Part shown: one piece after another, positions 25,708 through 35,836 of the stretch
How the letters are laid out: every line of letters starts with the position of its first letter
How positions within the stretch are numbered: position 1 is the stretch's first letter
Assembly: GCA_035285545.1 (NCBI GenBank)
Contig: JAYKGY010000139.1
Span: forward strand, 1-39,543
DNA: 39,543 nucleotides
Source: Snowella sp.
Lineage (GTDB): Bacteria > Cyanobacteriota > Cyanobacteriia > Cyanobacteriales > Microcystaceae
Direction: 5' to 3'
Made by a program: the position numbers and the translations under genes
The notes under the pieces: generated by a model
Database searches by the model: none
Told to the model about the DNA's origin: nothing
The model's input: the letters and a program-made list of their open reading frames with translations, nothing else

Positions 25708-26517
25708 ATGAAGATTGCGGTTTTATCCTGTATTCACGGCAATATGGCCGCCTTAGAAGCCGTTTTACGTGACATTGAACAACAAAATTGTCAGCAAATT
25801 TACTGCTTAGGGGATTTAGTCGGTTATGGGCCCTATCCTAACGAAGTGGTTGATACTATCCGTTCGCTGAATATTCCCACTGTGCAAGGCTGTTGGGATG
25901 AAGATATTGTAGAAGGACTTAATGCTTGTGAATGTAGCTATCCTTCCTTATTAGCAGAAAAACGAGGCAGGCAGGCCCATCAATGGACAAATGAAAACAT
26001 CACCCCCGAAAACCGCGAATATCTAGCGAGTCTCCCCCATACGCTGAAAGAAAATCACCTTTGTTTTGTGCATGGAAGTCCCCAAAGTAATCACGAATAT
26101 CTTTTGGCAGAAATGGATGCTTTTACTGCCCTAGAACGGGTTCTGGCCGCCGATGCAGAGGTTTTATTTTGTGGCCATACCCATATTCCCTATGTACGGA
26201 TTTTAGATGCAGGGCAACTCAAAGTCAGCATCCGTCAAGCTGAGGAACACCAACCCCGACAGTTTACAACCCCCCTCAAACGGATTATCAATGTCGGCTC
26301 AGTCGGAGAACCCCGACACGGAAGACCCAACGCAACCTATGCTATCTACAATACCGAGACAACAGAAACCGATTTGCGAGAAGTCGCCTATCCTTATCAA
26401 GAAACTTGTCAGGCGATTTTAGAAGTGGGTTTACCACCGATTTTTGCCTGGCGGCTGTCCCAGGGCTGGGAATATGCAGAAAAAGCCGATGATCCTACCC
26501 ATGTTTGCGAACGTTAA
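25708..26517 (+). CDS. Metallophosphoesterase (YfcE/MJ0936-like) with Cys substitutions
   Basis: SCIHGN, CLGDLVGYGP, VQGCWD, FVHGSP, FCGHTH, INVGSVG. Confidence 0.9.
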   Translation: MKIAVLSCIHGNMAALEAVLRDIEQQNCQQIYCLGDLVGYGPYPNEVVDTIRSLNIPTVQGCWDEDIVEGLNACECSYPSLLAEKRGRQAHQWTNENITPENREYLASLPHTLKENHLCFVHGSPQSNHEYLLAEMDAFTALERVLAADAEVLFCGHTHIPYVRILDAGQLKVSIRQAEEHQPRQFTTPLKRIINVGSVGEPRHGRPNATYAIYNTETTETDLREVAYPYQETCQAILEVGLPPIFAWRLSQGWEYAEKADDPTHVCER

Positions 26518-26547
26518 TAATTAATAGGTAATCGGGAAAGAAGAATT

Positions 26548-27246
26548 ATGTGGGCAATCCTAACTGGGATTCAAGGAAATTTGCAAGCCTATGAAGCGGT
26601 GTTGCGGGATATGGCTTCTCAGCCTTGGGAGGTAGAGGAACTGTATATTCTTGGTGATTTTATCGGGCCGACCCCAGATAGCGAACGGTTGACCCAACGA
26701 CTGCGATCGCCATCGGCTGACGAACTATCCCCCCAGATTTGTCGAGGATGGTGGGAAGAACAATGCCTGATTTTGCATAGCTTAGGAGCCACAGGAGAAC
26801 CGACGGAATTGATTGAACGTTACGGGATGGATAAAGTTAAGCAACTGTGGGATTCTGTTTCCCGCGAAACCGTTGAATGGCTCCGTCGCTTGGATTATGG
26901 TTTTGTCGAGCTAGATTGTTTACTGATTCATGGGAGTAGCGTCAGTGTCAGTGAGGAATTAACGCCTGAAACATCCCCTTGGATTCTGTTAGATCGTATG
27001 CAGAGAATGGGAGTCAATAACTTATTTTGTGGCCGCTCAGGGAAAATATTCGAGTATTCCCTAGAAGATGCTTGCTTAAACAGTATAGTTACAACGTTGG
27101 ATAGCTCATCGGCTCCTCAAACCCTGACGGTTTCAGGAAAACGAGCCATTGGGGTCGGAAGCGTTGGCCGAATTCCTGGGCAAGCGGATTACACCCTTTA
27201 TAATCCGAACACCAACCAAGTCAAATTCAGAACAATTTTGTATTAA
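26548..27246 (+). CDS. Degenerate metallophosphoesterase paralog
   Basis: TGIQGN, LGDFIG, RGWWE, LIHGS, FCGRSG, GVGSVG; most metal ligands lost. Confidence 0.82.
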   Translation: MWAILTGIQGNLQAYEAVLRDMASQPWEVEELYILGDFIGPTPDSERLTQRLRSPSADELSPQICRGWWEEQCLILHSLGATGEPTELIERYGMDKVKQLWDSVSRETVEWLRRLDYGFVELDCLLIHGSSVSVSEELTPETSPWILLDRMQRMGVNNLFCGRSGKIFEYSLEDACLNSIVTTLDSSSAPQTLTVSGKRAIGVGSVGRIPGQADYTLYNPNTNQVKFRTILY

Positions 27247-27453
27247 TTTGTATTAATAGTTCAAGTTTTTTTCTCAAAGGAACAACTCCATAATTTCTTG
27301 ACTATCGGTGTTTTAGCAGCAAGGCTACTTCCCTAGCAAAATCAATCAAAAGTAGATCGGCTTCTGCTTGTTTCATCTTAGTTAATGCTGCCATGTTTGG
27401 TATCTCTGGTCTTATCTACATAAATCAAACATTCTGAGAAAATTGCTGTAAGG

Positions 27454-27487
27454 AACTGTCCCACTTACAAACTGTAATGAGACAGTT
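27454..27487. terminator. Stem-loop between convergent operons
   Basis: AACTGTC..TTACA-AAC-TGTAA..GACAGTT. Confidence 0.5.
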
Positions 27488-27589
27488 AGTTTTGACAAGC
27501 GTATAAACAATTTGCTAGAAACTATGCCGAATAAACTTTCAGCCTTGGATACCCAAATTTCTTCATTGGTATACGAAGATGTTCAAGAA

Positions 27590-28102
27590 TTAGATCCCAA
27601 AAGCAGATTTTAATTGACTAACCCATTGTTTGACGCGCCCTTCGGTTAAATCGGATTGATTATCCTCATCAATTGCTAATCCAACAAACTTGCCATTTTT
27701 GACTGCTTTAGATTCATTAAAATCATAGCCATCCGTTGACCAAAAACCGACTGTCTGACCACCCAGTTCCGTAATTTTACTTTCTAAAATTCCCATTGCA
27801 TCTTGAAAATTATCGGCATAGCCAAACTGATCACCCGCACCAAAATAGGCAACCTTTTTTCCTGAAAACGGAATACTATCTAACTCATCGTAAAACCCTT
27901 CCCAATCGCTTTGTAATTCTCCTACGTTCCAAGTGGGAGACCCCAGAATTAAATAATCATAAGCTTCTAAATCCTCCGTAGAGGCTTTTGCAATATCCAT
28001 GACTTCGACAACATCTGCTCCGCCAAATTCTTTTTGAATCAATTCAGCGATCGCTTGGGTATTGCCAGTTTGTGTGCCGTAGAAAAGACCAATCTTAGCC
28101 AT
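27590..28102 (-). CDS. isiB: Flavodoxin (long-chain)
   Basis: GLFYGTQTGNT, GSPTWNVGELQSDW, FGAGDQFGYADNFQDA, GLAIDEDNQ. Confidence 0.97.
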   Translation of the reverse strand: MAKIGLFYGTQTGNTQAIAELIQKEFGGADVVEVMDIAKASTEDLEAYDYLILGSPTWNVGELQSDWEGFYDELDSIPFSGKKVAYFGAGDQFGYADNFQDAMGILESKITELGGQTVGFWSTDGYDFNESKAVKNGKFVGLAIDEDNQSDLTEGRVKQWVSQLKSAFGI

Positions 28103-28159
28103 AAATCAACCTAAAGAGTAAATATCAACAGAAAAAAATGTTTTTACGTCTGAAACCTT

Positions 28160-28192
28160 AAAAAAAGGGGTCTAAGTTATGACAAGACCCCC
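28160..28192 (-). terminator. Intrinsic terminator/attenuator between isiA and isiB
   Basis: Minus strand GGGGTCT-TGTCATAACTT-AGACCCC-TTTTTTT. Confidence 0.75.
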
Positions 28193-28216
28193 AGAGCTTA
28201 AGAGGAGAACCGAAAA

Positions 28217-29245
28217 CTAGGATTCAAAAGAGTTCATTGCTTTTTCAACTCGTTTGAAATCAAAACCCATTGCTCGCAGAGCATGCCAAAGATGCCCTTG
28301 TAAGAAGAAAAACGCGAGGAAGAAATGAGCATTCGCTAACCAACACCGAGTTGTATGAAGCCCATAGGGAAGCTTGACCGTATCGGCAAAATAAGGGAAG
28401 ATTCCCAACTTGACTTCCAAAGGCGCACCATAAAACTCAGGCGGATAGGCGAGGGTATTAACTGCACAGAAGTAAGCCGCCACAAAACCTGCGAGGGCAA
28501 TTCCCCCTAATGAATAGGAAAGGATCGCTTCCCCCGAAAAGAGCAAAACCTTCTTGGCCCAAGCTAACGGCGGAACAATAATATGCCAAATGCCGCCAGC
28601 CACAAGCATCACGCCGACATAAACATGACCGCCCACCAAATCCTCCAGACTACTAATACTCGCAAAGTGAGTTTGATAGCCATAAATGACCGCAGGATCT
28701 AACGTTGGTTGGGAAATTACTCGTACCGTTTGAGTCGTGGCATCGTATAAGCCGCCCCAATACATCGCTTTCGCTACCAATAACAAAGCACCTGCACCTA
28801 AAAAGAGGAGATGATGCCCCAAGATCATGCCCAACTGCCGAGGATTTTCCCACTCAAAATGGAATCCCTTAGCTGCCCCATCAGCCGTTTTGAGATCTTC
28901 TGGAGCTTTAAAAGTATGAAAAAGTGCGCCTGCTCCTAACACCGCAGAAGCAATGAGATGAATCGAGCCGACCACAAAATAGGGATAGGTATCAACGACT
29001 TGTCCCCCATCACCGACTCCCCAACCCAAGGTAGCAAGGTGGGGCAACAAAATTAAGCCCTGTTCGCCTAAAGAAATAGTAGGATTATAGCGAGAAATTT
29101 CAAAAAGAGTGAAAGCCCCCGCCCAAAAAGCAATTAGGGCTGTATGAGCAACATGGGCAGCCACAAACAAACCCGATTGATTAGCTAAACGAGCATTTCC
29201 CGCCCACCAATCATATTCGACATTACTATTGCCATAGGCCTGCAT
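28217..29245 (-). CDS. isiA: Iron-stress chlorophyll-binding protein CP43'
   Basis: [35 protein letters not shown]; 342 aa lacking the large CP43 lumenal loop; AAGGAGG RBS. Confidence 0.97.
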   Translation of the reverse strand: MQAYGNSNVEYDWWAGNARLANQSGLFVAAHVAHTALIAFWAGAFTLFEISRYNPTISLGEQGLILLPHLATLGWGVGDGGQVVDTYPYFVVGSIHLIASAVLGAGALFHTFKAPEDLKTADGAAKGFHFEWENPRQLGMILGHHLLFLGAGALLLVAKAMYWGGLYDATTQTVRVISQPTLDPAVIYGYQTHFASISSLEDLVGGHVYVGVMLVAGGIWHIIVPPLAWAKKVLLFSGEAILSYSLGGIALAGFVAAYFCAVNTLAYPPEFYGAPLEVKLGIFPYFADTVKLPYGLHTTRCWLANAHFFLAFFFLQGHLWHALRAMGFDFKRVEKAMNSFES

Positions 29246-29461
29246 AAAAAACCTCCTTAATACAAGTATTTAGCAATAAGAGGTGCTTAAAAAATCTACT
29301 AAGAGCAAGCCAAACCGACCCGCGAAACCCTTGAATGCGAGTAGGGATATATTCGTTAATCCTCGCGCTTAACTCCCGAAAGTAAGCCCTTAAATTAAAG
29401 CATTACGAGACTTGCTCAAAATAGACATCGGAAGCCCTCATATAAAAGCGTGATCTCTAAA

Positions 29462-29522
29462 TGAGAATAGTTATCAGTTATCACAAAAGTAAGCATAGCA
29501 GAATAAATGAGAAAAGTTATCA
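29462..29522. promoter_or_regulatory. Two Fur boxes flanking the putative isiA -10
   Basis: TGAGAATAGTTATCA (29462-29476) and TGAGAAAAGTTATCA (29508-29522); minus-strand TATGCT at 29492-29497. Confidence 0.75.
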
Positions 29523-29775
29523 ACTAGAATTGTTAAATTATGTTAAGAAAGTGGCGTGAAGGCTTGCAAGGCTTATGGGGAGAGAAATATGGAGCGATCG
29601 CGATGTTAAAAAAATGAGAAATAGCTTCTTGGGAGAAGAATTGACTCAGCAAATTGATAGAAGTTCTGAGGCTTTGATCCAGTAAACTTAGCTCGATGAC
29701 TATTTAGTTATAAACCTTAGTGAACTGGTAATAAAAATTAATGGTTTGCTAGAGAGTTCTACCGTATTTTAGTAA

Positions 29776-29792
29776 TTGAGAATAATTTTTAA
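29776..29792. promoter_or_regulatory. Fur box upstream of feoA
   Basis: TTGAGAATAATTTTTAA ending ~20 bp before ATG 29812. Confidence 0.55.
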
Positions 29793-29811
29793 TAAATTAG
29801 GGGGTGGATTA

Positions 29812-30084
29812 ATGAATCTTTTAGATTTGTCTGTTGGGAAAATTGCCTTTGTGGACGAAGTTTTGATGGGTTCCCATGGCCACGGCTTAATGTCTCGTTT
29901 AGAAGCAATGGGAATTATTCCTAATAAACCGATTCAAATTTTGCGTAAAGCGCATTTGGGAGGGCCGCTACATATCCGCGTGGGTAGTACCACGGAAGTG
30001 GCAATGCGTCGTAGTGAGGCGGCATTAGTGAAAGTTTCTTTAGATCCCAGTCTTTTGAACTTACTCTCCTCCTCTGAAGGTTAG
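29812..30084 (+). CDS. feoA: Ferrous iron transport protein A
   Basis: RLEAMGIIPN...AHLGGPLHIRVG..EVAMRRSEA. Confidence 0.93.
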   Translation: MNLLDLSVGKIAFVDEVLMGSHGHGLMSRLEAMGIIPNKPIQILRKAHLGGPLHIRVGSTTEVAMRRSEAALVKVSLDPSLLNLLSSSEG

Positions 30085-30137
30085 CTGAGGTCTGAGGGCA
30101 TCAACGTTAATTTTTCCGTCAAAATGAGGTTAATTCT

Positions 30138-31985
30138 ATGGTTGGTCATTGTCATGGTGGCGTGATTGCAGCGACTGCGCCCCAAGTGAAAAAACGGATT
30201 GCTTTTATTGGTCAACCGAATACGGGCAAATCCACTTTTTTTAATCGCATTACTAAAGCCAATGCCGCGATCGCCAACTGGCCAGGGTTAACGGTCGATC
30301 TCTTCAAAGCCGTGATCAAGCTGGATCAAGAAAGTGTTGAATTTGTGGACTTACCTGGTATTTATGACCTCAATGGCTTCTCGGAAGATGAACGGGTGGT
30401 GCAACGCTTTTTAGAAACCTATGCCGTTAGTTTAATCGTTGTGGTTTTAAATGCCGCTCAGATTGATCGCCAACTGCGGTTGTTATTGCAGGTTAAATCC
30501 TTAGGATTCCCCGCGATCGCGGTTTTAAATTTGGCAGACGAAGCCAAACGCTATGGGGTTCAGTTTGACGCGGTTGCCCTGGCAGAACGGTTAGAAGTTC
30601 CCGTCTATCCCATCAGTGCTAAATACGGAACAGGTTGTCAGCGAGCCATTGAAGCGATTACCCGAACGGTGCAGTCCCAAACCGAAAGCTATCAAGCCGT
30701 TAATTTAACAGCAGTTTTAGCAGCCAAACCTGTTGAAATAGAAACCGTTAATGAGATATTGGCGGGAATTGTACAGATGCCATCGATCACGGCGAAAACG
30801 TTGACGAATTGGATTGATAGCGTGATGCTGCATCCGATCTGGGGCATTCCGATTTTCTTTGCCTCCATGTTCTTGATTTTTTGGTTGATCTGGACGGTGG
30901 GCTTACCCAGTGCCGATCCCGTGGATGCGGTAACAGGCTGGTTTCAAAGTACGGTATTAGAACCGTTGTTTGCTCCCTTACCCGAACTGTTGCGGGATTT
31001 ATTGCTAAATGGTATTTGGTCAGGTTTTGCGGCTTTATTGTCCTTTGTTCCTCTCGTCGCGCTCTTTTTCATTGTCATGAGTGTTCTAGAAGGCAGTGGC
31101 TATCTCTCACGGGCTGCCTATTTAATGGATTCCCTTATGGGACGCTTGGGAATGGATGGACGGGGTTTTGTCCTACAAATGATGGGGTTTGGCTGTAATG
31201 TTCCTGCCATCATGGGGACACGGGTGATGCGGAGTCGGGCGTTACGCTTATTAACGATGTTGGTGATTCCCTTTTCCCTTTGTTCTGCCCGTTTACAGGT
31301 TTTTGTTTTTATTTTGGCGGCTGTCTTGCCTGGTTCTCAAGGGGCGATCGCGCTCTTTTTGCTCTACCTCATGAGTTTTGTGGCGGCTTTCAGTATTGCT
31401 GCCATTCTTAGCCGTTTTAAAACCTTTCAAGCTCGTGATCCCTTTGTTTTAGAATTACCGCCCTACCGACTACCGACAATTAAACAGGTATTATTGCGGG
31501 TTTGGGGAGAAATGAAGCATTTTGTGACTCGTCTCTCTATGTTTATGATTATCGGGACAAGTTTAATTTGGTTTTTAACCACTTTTCCTGAAGGGAGTAC
31601 GGGATTAGATACCTATGCGGGCAAAATTGGCAGTATTTTTCAACCCTTAATGAATCCGTTGGGCATTAATCCGTTTTTGACGGTCTCTTTAATTTTTGGC
31701 TTTGTAGCCAAGGAAATTCAAATTGCGGCTTTAACGGTGATTTATGGCCTTGGAGATGACGCGATCGCGCAGGAAATTAAACGGACTGTCACCTTTGCCC
31801 AGGGTTTTAGTTATTGCCTATTTAGTTTGCTTTATATTCCTTGTTTAACGACTTTAGGAACCATCTGGGGCGAAACCAAATCCCTGCGTTACCTGTTGTT
31901 GTCTATCGCGTTGCCCTTGGGTTTTGCTTGGCTCATCAGCTTTATTTTTTATCAAGGAAGCCTTTTATTGAGCTTAGGAACTTAA
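30138..31985 (+). CDS. feoB: Ferrous iron transport protein B
   Basis: G1 GQPNTGKST, NWPGLTVD, DLPG, LNLADE; gate motifs GFGCNVPA, CSARL, LYIPC. Confidence 0.96.
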   Translation: MVGHCHGGVIAATAPQVKKRIAFIGQPNTGKSTFFNRITKANAAIANWPGLTVDLFKAVIKLDQESVEFVDLPGIYDLNGFSEDERVVQRFLETYAVSLIVVVLNAAQIDRQLRLLLQVKSLGFPAIAVLNLADEAKRYGVQFDAVALAERLEVPVYPISAKYGTGCQRAIEAITRTVQSQTESYQAVNLTAVLAAKPVEIETVNEILAGIVQMPSITAKTLTNWIDSVMLHPIWGIPIFFASMFLIFWLIWTVGLPSADPVDAVTGWFQSTVLEPLFAPLPELLRDLLLNGIWSGFAALLSFVPLVALFFIVMSVLEGSGYLSRAAYLMDSLMGRLGMDGRGFVLQMMGFGCNVPAIMGTRVMRSRALRLLTMLVIPFSLCSARLQVFVFILAAVLPGSQGAIALFLLYLMSFVAAFSIAAILSRFKTFQARDPFVLELPPYRLPTIKQVLLRVWGEMKHFVTRLSMFMIIGTSLIWFLTTFPEGSTGLDTYAGKIGSIFQPLMNPLGINPFLTVSLIFGFVAKEIQIAALTVIYGLGDDAIAQEIKRTVTFAQGFSYCLFSLLYIPCLTTLGTIWGETKSLRYLLLSIALPLGFAWLISFIFYQGSLLLSLGT

Positions 31986-32350
31986 TCTAAATCTTTCCAG
32001 ATTGATCTACCTTTTCTCAAATTAGCAACAACTAAAACAACCTATTTGTTGCTAAAAATAGTGGAGATAAGCAATTAATTGATTTTTTCCTGATTTAATC
32101 ACAAAATACTATAAAAATAATTATTAAATTTTGACGATTAATTCACAATAAGTTCTAAGATAGATCAAGAAGATAAGTAAAAGATCTGAATTTAAGTCAT
32201 ATCAATCTTGTTTAATTTAGGTTAAATCGTCTAAAACTTAAACGCCTCATCACCCCTTAGGTATTAACACATACATTAAAACAAAATAGAGAATAGATTA
32301 GCTCTCTTCACTCAAATCGTCATTGAATGTTTATCAACAAGGAGGCATCC

Positions 32351-32635
32351 ATGCTGGAACAAGCCAAAAACTTTTATCAAAATAACGGAACAAAAACCTT
32401 AGTCCTAGCCATTGGTGCCGTTATTTTAGCCCCTACCGTCGCATCACTATTAAAGCCCGTTGCTAAAGCAGGCATTAAAACAGGGGTTATTTTATACCAA
32501 AAAACGAAAGAAGCTTTAGCTGAAACCACCGAGCAATTGGGAGATTTAGTGGCTGAAGCGAAAGCAGAAGTTTTAGCAGAACAATCCACCAAAGAAAGTG
32601 TTCTCCAATTACCATCATCTGACTCTCAAAACTAA
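32351..32635 (+). CDS. DUF5132-like small membrane protein (FezA-like candidate)
   Basis: LVLAIGAVILAP...KPVAKAGIKTGVILYQK...DLVAEAKAE; GGAGG RBS. Confidence 0.8.
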   Translation: MLEQAKNFYQNNGTKTLVLAIGAVILAPTVASLLKPVAKAGIKTGVILYQKTKEALAETTEQLGDLVAEAKAEVLAEQSTKESVLQLPSSDSQN

Positions 32636-32743
32636 TTTTTAAATTTTAAAGCGATTGCTCATTTATTTCTTATCATGATGGGGTTATTTTGGGCTACTTA
32701 TCGTTAACTTGATCCATTTTTAATGTGTTATAGAGGACGTAAT

Positions 32744-33289
32744 ATGGTTAACACAACAGCAACTGTTGATGCTTCTCCTTCATCCTTAAATGCTGAAAAT
32801 TATCAATTAGCAACTTTCCTCAAAGAACATGAAGAAGTTGAAATGATTGTGCCTGTTTTACTGGGGTTATTTATTACCAGTCGGCTACAGTTACGAGGAG
32901 CGAATGCACTTTTAGTCAATCTCGGTATTGCCAGTGTTTTACGCCAAGTGTTTAAACAACTCAAAAATACGGAATTGTCCGCCGCTCCTTCTCCTCCCCA
33001 ATCCGTTAATACGCCTGCTCCACCAACCATGCTTGGGGAAGGAATTACGATTCTTCATTCTGTCCCAGGTCGTTTGCGCCTTCGTATTGATCAATTGGCA
33101 GTTGATCCCGTGTTTGCGAAGCGTTTAGAACGGTTGCTCAATAATGATGATCATGTGATTAGTGTCCGCATTAATCGCACGGTTGCTTCTATTGTGATTA
33201 ACTACGAAGCGGGAAATCTTTCTGATCTCGATTTAGGTTTTAAACTGATGGGAATTGTCAATGAAGCCCGTATGGGTGAGGCGACCTAA
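32744..33289 (+). CDS. Membrane protein with C-terminal HMA2-like domain (FezC-like candidate)
   Basis: Two hydrophobic segments, Pro-rich linker, ILHSVPGRLRLRI...VRINRTVASIVINY; no CxxC. Confidence 0.8.
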   Translation: MVNTTATVDASPSSLNAENYQLATFLKEHEEVEMIVPVLLGLFITSRLQLRGANALLVNLGIASVLRQVFKQLKNTELSAAPSPPQSVNTPAPPTMLGEGITILHSVPGRLRLRIDQLAVDPVFAKRLERLLNNDDHVISVRINRTVASIVINYEAGNLSDLDLGFKLMGIVNEARMGEAT

Positions 33290-33296
33290 AGGGAAA

Positions 33297-35444
33297 ATGA
33301 CGATGTTTACTCTCGATGTTGCACTACAGGATCACTTACCGTTTCATTATGCAATTGTTCATCATGTCTCTGGACGAGTTCGAGTCAAGATTTTAGCCAG
33401 TGATCGCGCCAGGATGGATTATGAAAATCTTCAATCAATTTTAGGATCGCTTCCTTGGATTCAAAACTTTCGGATTAACCGTTGGTCTGCCTCGGTGGTG
33501 ATTCACTATTGCATAGAAAAACTACAAATCGCGCCGCAAATTCCCATCCAACTTTCTGTTAAAACGTCTGAACCTGAACTACATCTAACGCTATTGTCTC
33601 AATTGAAGACCTCCAGCTTAACCCTGCCTATTTTGGCGACGATGTTAGCAATTTTGAGCAATCAAAGCAATCAGAGTTTTTTGAAGCTATTAGCTCGTGT
33701 AACGCTTTTATGGGCGAGTTTTCCTGTCGTCAAACGGGCAATGAAAAGTATTATCCTTCACCACAAACTCAATATTGATTGTTTAGATTTGATGGCTCTT
33801 ATCCTGAGCAGTGCCCAGGGAAAAGTGGTTACGCCTGCATTAGTGATTACTCTCCATGAATTCGGAGACTTGATTCGAGAACAAACCGCACGGGTAACAG
33901 AACAAAAAACCGCGAATCTTTTAGATACTATTGGTCGATTTGCTTGGGTCGAACGGGAAAGACAAATTATTCAAATCGAGAGCGATCGCGTTGAAATTGG
34001 AGAAACAGTCATTGTTTATCCTGGGGAACGCATTCCCGTCGATGGTATCGTTCTCTCTGGAGAAGCAACCATTGATCAGCAACAACTAACAGGGGAATCC
34101 ATGCCCATTGTGGCCCAGACAGGAACCTATGTCTATGCGGCAACCTTACTCCGTTCTGGTCAGATTCGCTTAACCTGTGAACGAGTCGGAAGCCAAACCA
34201 GAGCAGCCGCCAGTATTGAATTATTAGCTAAAGCTCCTGTTTATGACACTAGAATTGCCAATTATGCAGGAAAATTAGCAGATAAATTAATTATTCCTTC
34301 GATTATATTAGCGGTAATTGTTTTTGCCAGTACCCAAGACCCAACTCGTGCGGCATCTATCCTAACCCTAGATTTTGTTACCGGCATTCGGGTTTCTATG
34401 CCGACGGCATTTTTAGGGGCATTAAATCACACAACTCGTCATGGTGTTTTAGTCCGAAGTGGGCGCACCTTAGAATTATTAGCGGAAATTGATACCGTTG
34501 TCTTCGATAAGACAGGGACACTCACTGAAGGCAATATTGCGGTTACGGAAGTTATCTCCGTGCATTCAGACATTTCTCCTCAACGCATACTCCAGTTAGC
34601 AGCCTCGGCAGAACAACGCATTACCCATCCTGTGGCTGAAGCCATTGTTGCCCATGCTCAAGCCGAAGGAATTGAAATTCTTCCGCGTCAGGGGTGGGAT
34701 TATCAAGTGGGTGCGGGAATGAAAGCCATGATTGATAATGGTCAGGTTTTGGTGGGAAGTGCCACTTTTTTACAGGAACAGGGCGTTCGTGATTGGGTTG
34801 AAACAAACACGGCTAGAACGGTTAATCAGTCTTCGGTTTATGTGGCAGATGCCGAGAAATTATTAGGGATCATTTCTTATACTGATCCGTTACGGGCTGA
34901 AAGTGCCGAGTTAATTGAAGCCTTGCAGAGTCGTTATGGAACGGCGGTTCACGTTTTAACGGAAGATAGCAGACAAAGAGCCTATCAAGTCGCTGAACGC
35001 TTAAATATTTCTCTCCATCGGGTTCATGCCGAAGCTTTTCCTGAAGATAAGGCAAAAATTGTTCGAGATTTACGCCGTTCTGGTCAGGTGGTCGCTTTTG
35101 TGGGGGATGGTTTAAATGATTCCGTTGCCTTAGCCTATGCAGATGTTTCGATCTCTTTTGCCGATGGTTCTGATATTGCACGGGAAACGGCAGATGTCGT
35201 TTTAATGAATAATCATTTGACCAGTATTTTAGAGGCGATCGCGATCGCCAAAGAAACCCAAGCTTTAATTGAACAGAACACCTTACTGGTGGTGGCTCCC
35301 AATGTGATTGGTTTAGGTTTAGCTACAACAACGGGACTTAATCCGCTTTGGGCAACGATTATTCATAACGGAACCGCGATCGCGGCAGGACTCAATAGTT
35401 TACGCCCCCTAGTACAACATCAAATTGAAACCTACGGAGCTTGA
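33297..35444 (+). CDS. P1B-type metal-transporting ATPase, non-CPC type (P1B-6/FezB-like)
   Basis: N-terminal HHVSGRVRVK, TGES, DFVTGIR in place of CPC, DKTGT (34506-34520), HP, GDGLND, HNGT; TGD reads TED. Confidence 0.88.
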   Translation: MTMFTLDVALQDHLPFHYAIVHHVSGRVRVKILASDRARMDYENLQSILGSLPWIQNFRINRWSASVVIHYCIEKLQIAPQIPIQLSVKTSEPELHLTLLSQLKTSSLTLPILATMLAILSNQSNQSFLKLLARVTLLWASFPVVKRAMKSIILHHKLNIDCLDLMALILSSAQGKVVTPALVITLHEFGDLIREQTARVTEQKTANLLDTIGRFAWVERERQIIQIESDRVEIGETVIVYPGERIPVDGIVLSGEATIDQQQLTGESMPIVAQTGTYVYAATLLRSGQIRLTCERVGSQTRAAASIELLAKAPVYDTRIANYAGKLADKLIIPSIILAVIVFASTQDPTRAASILTLDFVTGIRVSMPTAFLGALNHTTRHGVLVRSGRTLELLAEIDTVVFDKTGTLTEGNIAVTEVISVHSDISPQRILQLAASAEQRITHPVAEAIVAHAQAEGIEILPRQGWDYQVGAGMKAMIDNGQVLVGSATFLQEQGVRDWVETNTARTVNQSSVYVADAEKLLGIISYTDPLRAESAELIEALQSRYGTAVHVLTEDSRQRAYQVAERLNISLHRVHAEAFPEDKAKIVRDLRRSGQVVAFVGDGLNDSVALAYADVSISFADGSDIARETADVVLMNNHLTSILEAIAIAKETQALIEQNTLLVVAPNVIGLGLATTTGLNPLWATIIHNGTAIAAGLNSLRPLVQHQIETYGA

Positions 35445-35450
35445 ATCTGA

Positions 35451-35783
35451 TTAATCATCCTGACAATTGGCAGCACATGAATGGGCATGTCCATGTTGAT
35501 GGCAAGCATTTTCGGCTAAAATTTCGCGGATTTCGGTTAATAATTGACGAACAGTTGGTAACCCATCATCCTCCGCATTTGATGCACATTTAGCGTCCCA
35601 TCGTTCCAACAAGTCCTCTAATTCCAACAACGTATGACCTGAGAGCACGCGATGCCCTTGATCTAAGGCTTGTCCTAGATTGATCAAATCTTCTTTGATG
35701 GCAACAGGAACCCGAATCGTTTGAGTTTCTCCATTGTTCCATCGACCTTTACGACCTGCTCCTCGACGCATTCCACCTCGCAT
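35451..35783 (-). CDS. Putative DNA-binding protein with His/Cys-rich C-terminal tail
   Basis: RGGMRRGAGRK..W..GETQTIRVP (AT-hook/ribbon-like); ends CHQHGHAHSCAANC. Confidence 0.7.
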   Translation of the reverse strand: MRGGMRRGAGRKGRWNNGETQTIRVPVAIKEDLINLGQALDQGHRVLSGHTLLELEDLLERWDAKCASNAEDDGLPTVRQLLTEIREILAENACHQHGHAHSCAANCQDD

Positions 35784-35836
35784 ATTCTCTACGTTCCGAA
35801 TTAATAGATATATTTTACCCCTAGCCCATGTAGTCT

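Noticed and set aside
27247..27420. 30-codon minus-strand ORF (MAALTKMKQ...) downstream of isiB
   Set aside because: No RBS or motif, and it lies beyond the stem-loop after isiB; not recognisable as isiC.
28217..29245. IsrR-like antisense RNA within isiA
   Set aside because: Known from Synechocystis but cannot be supported from this sequence alone.
31986..32350. Fur or Crp site upstream of the fez-like cluster (TAAAAATAATTATTA, TGACGATTAATTCACA)
   Set aside because: Matches are too degenerate for such AT-rich DNA to call.
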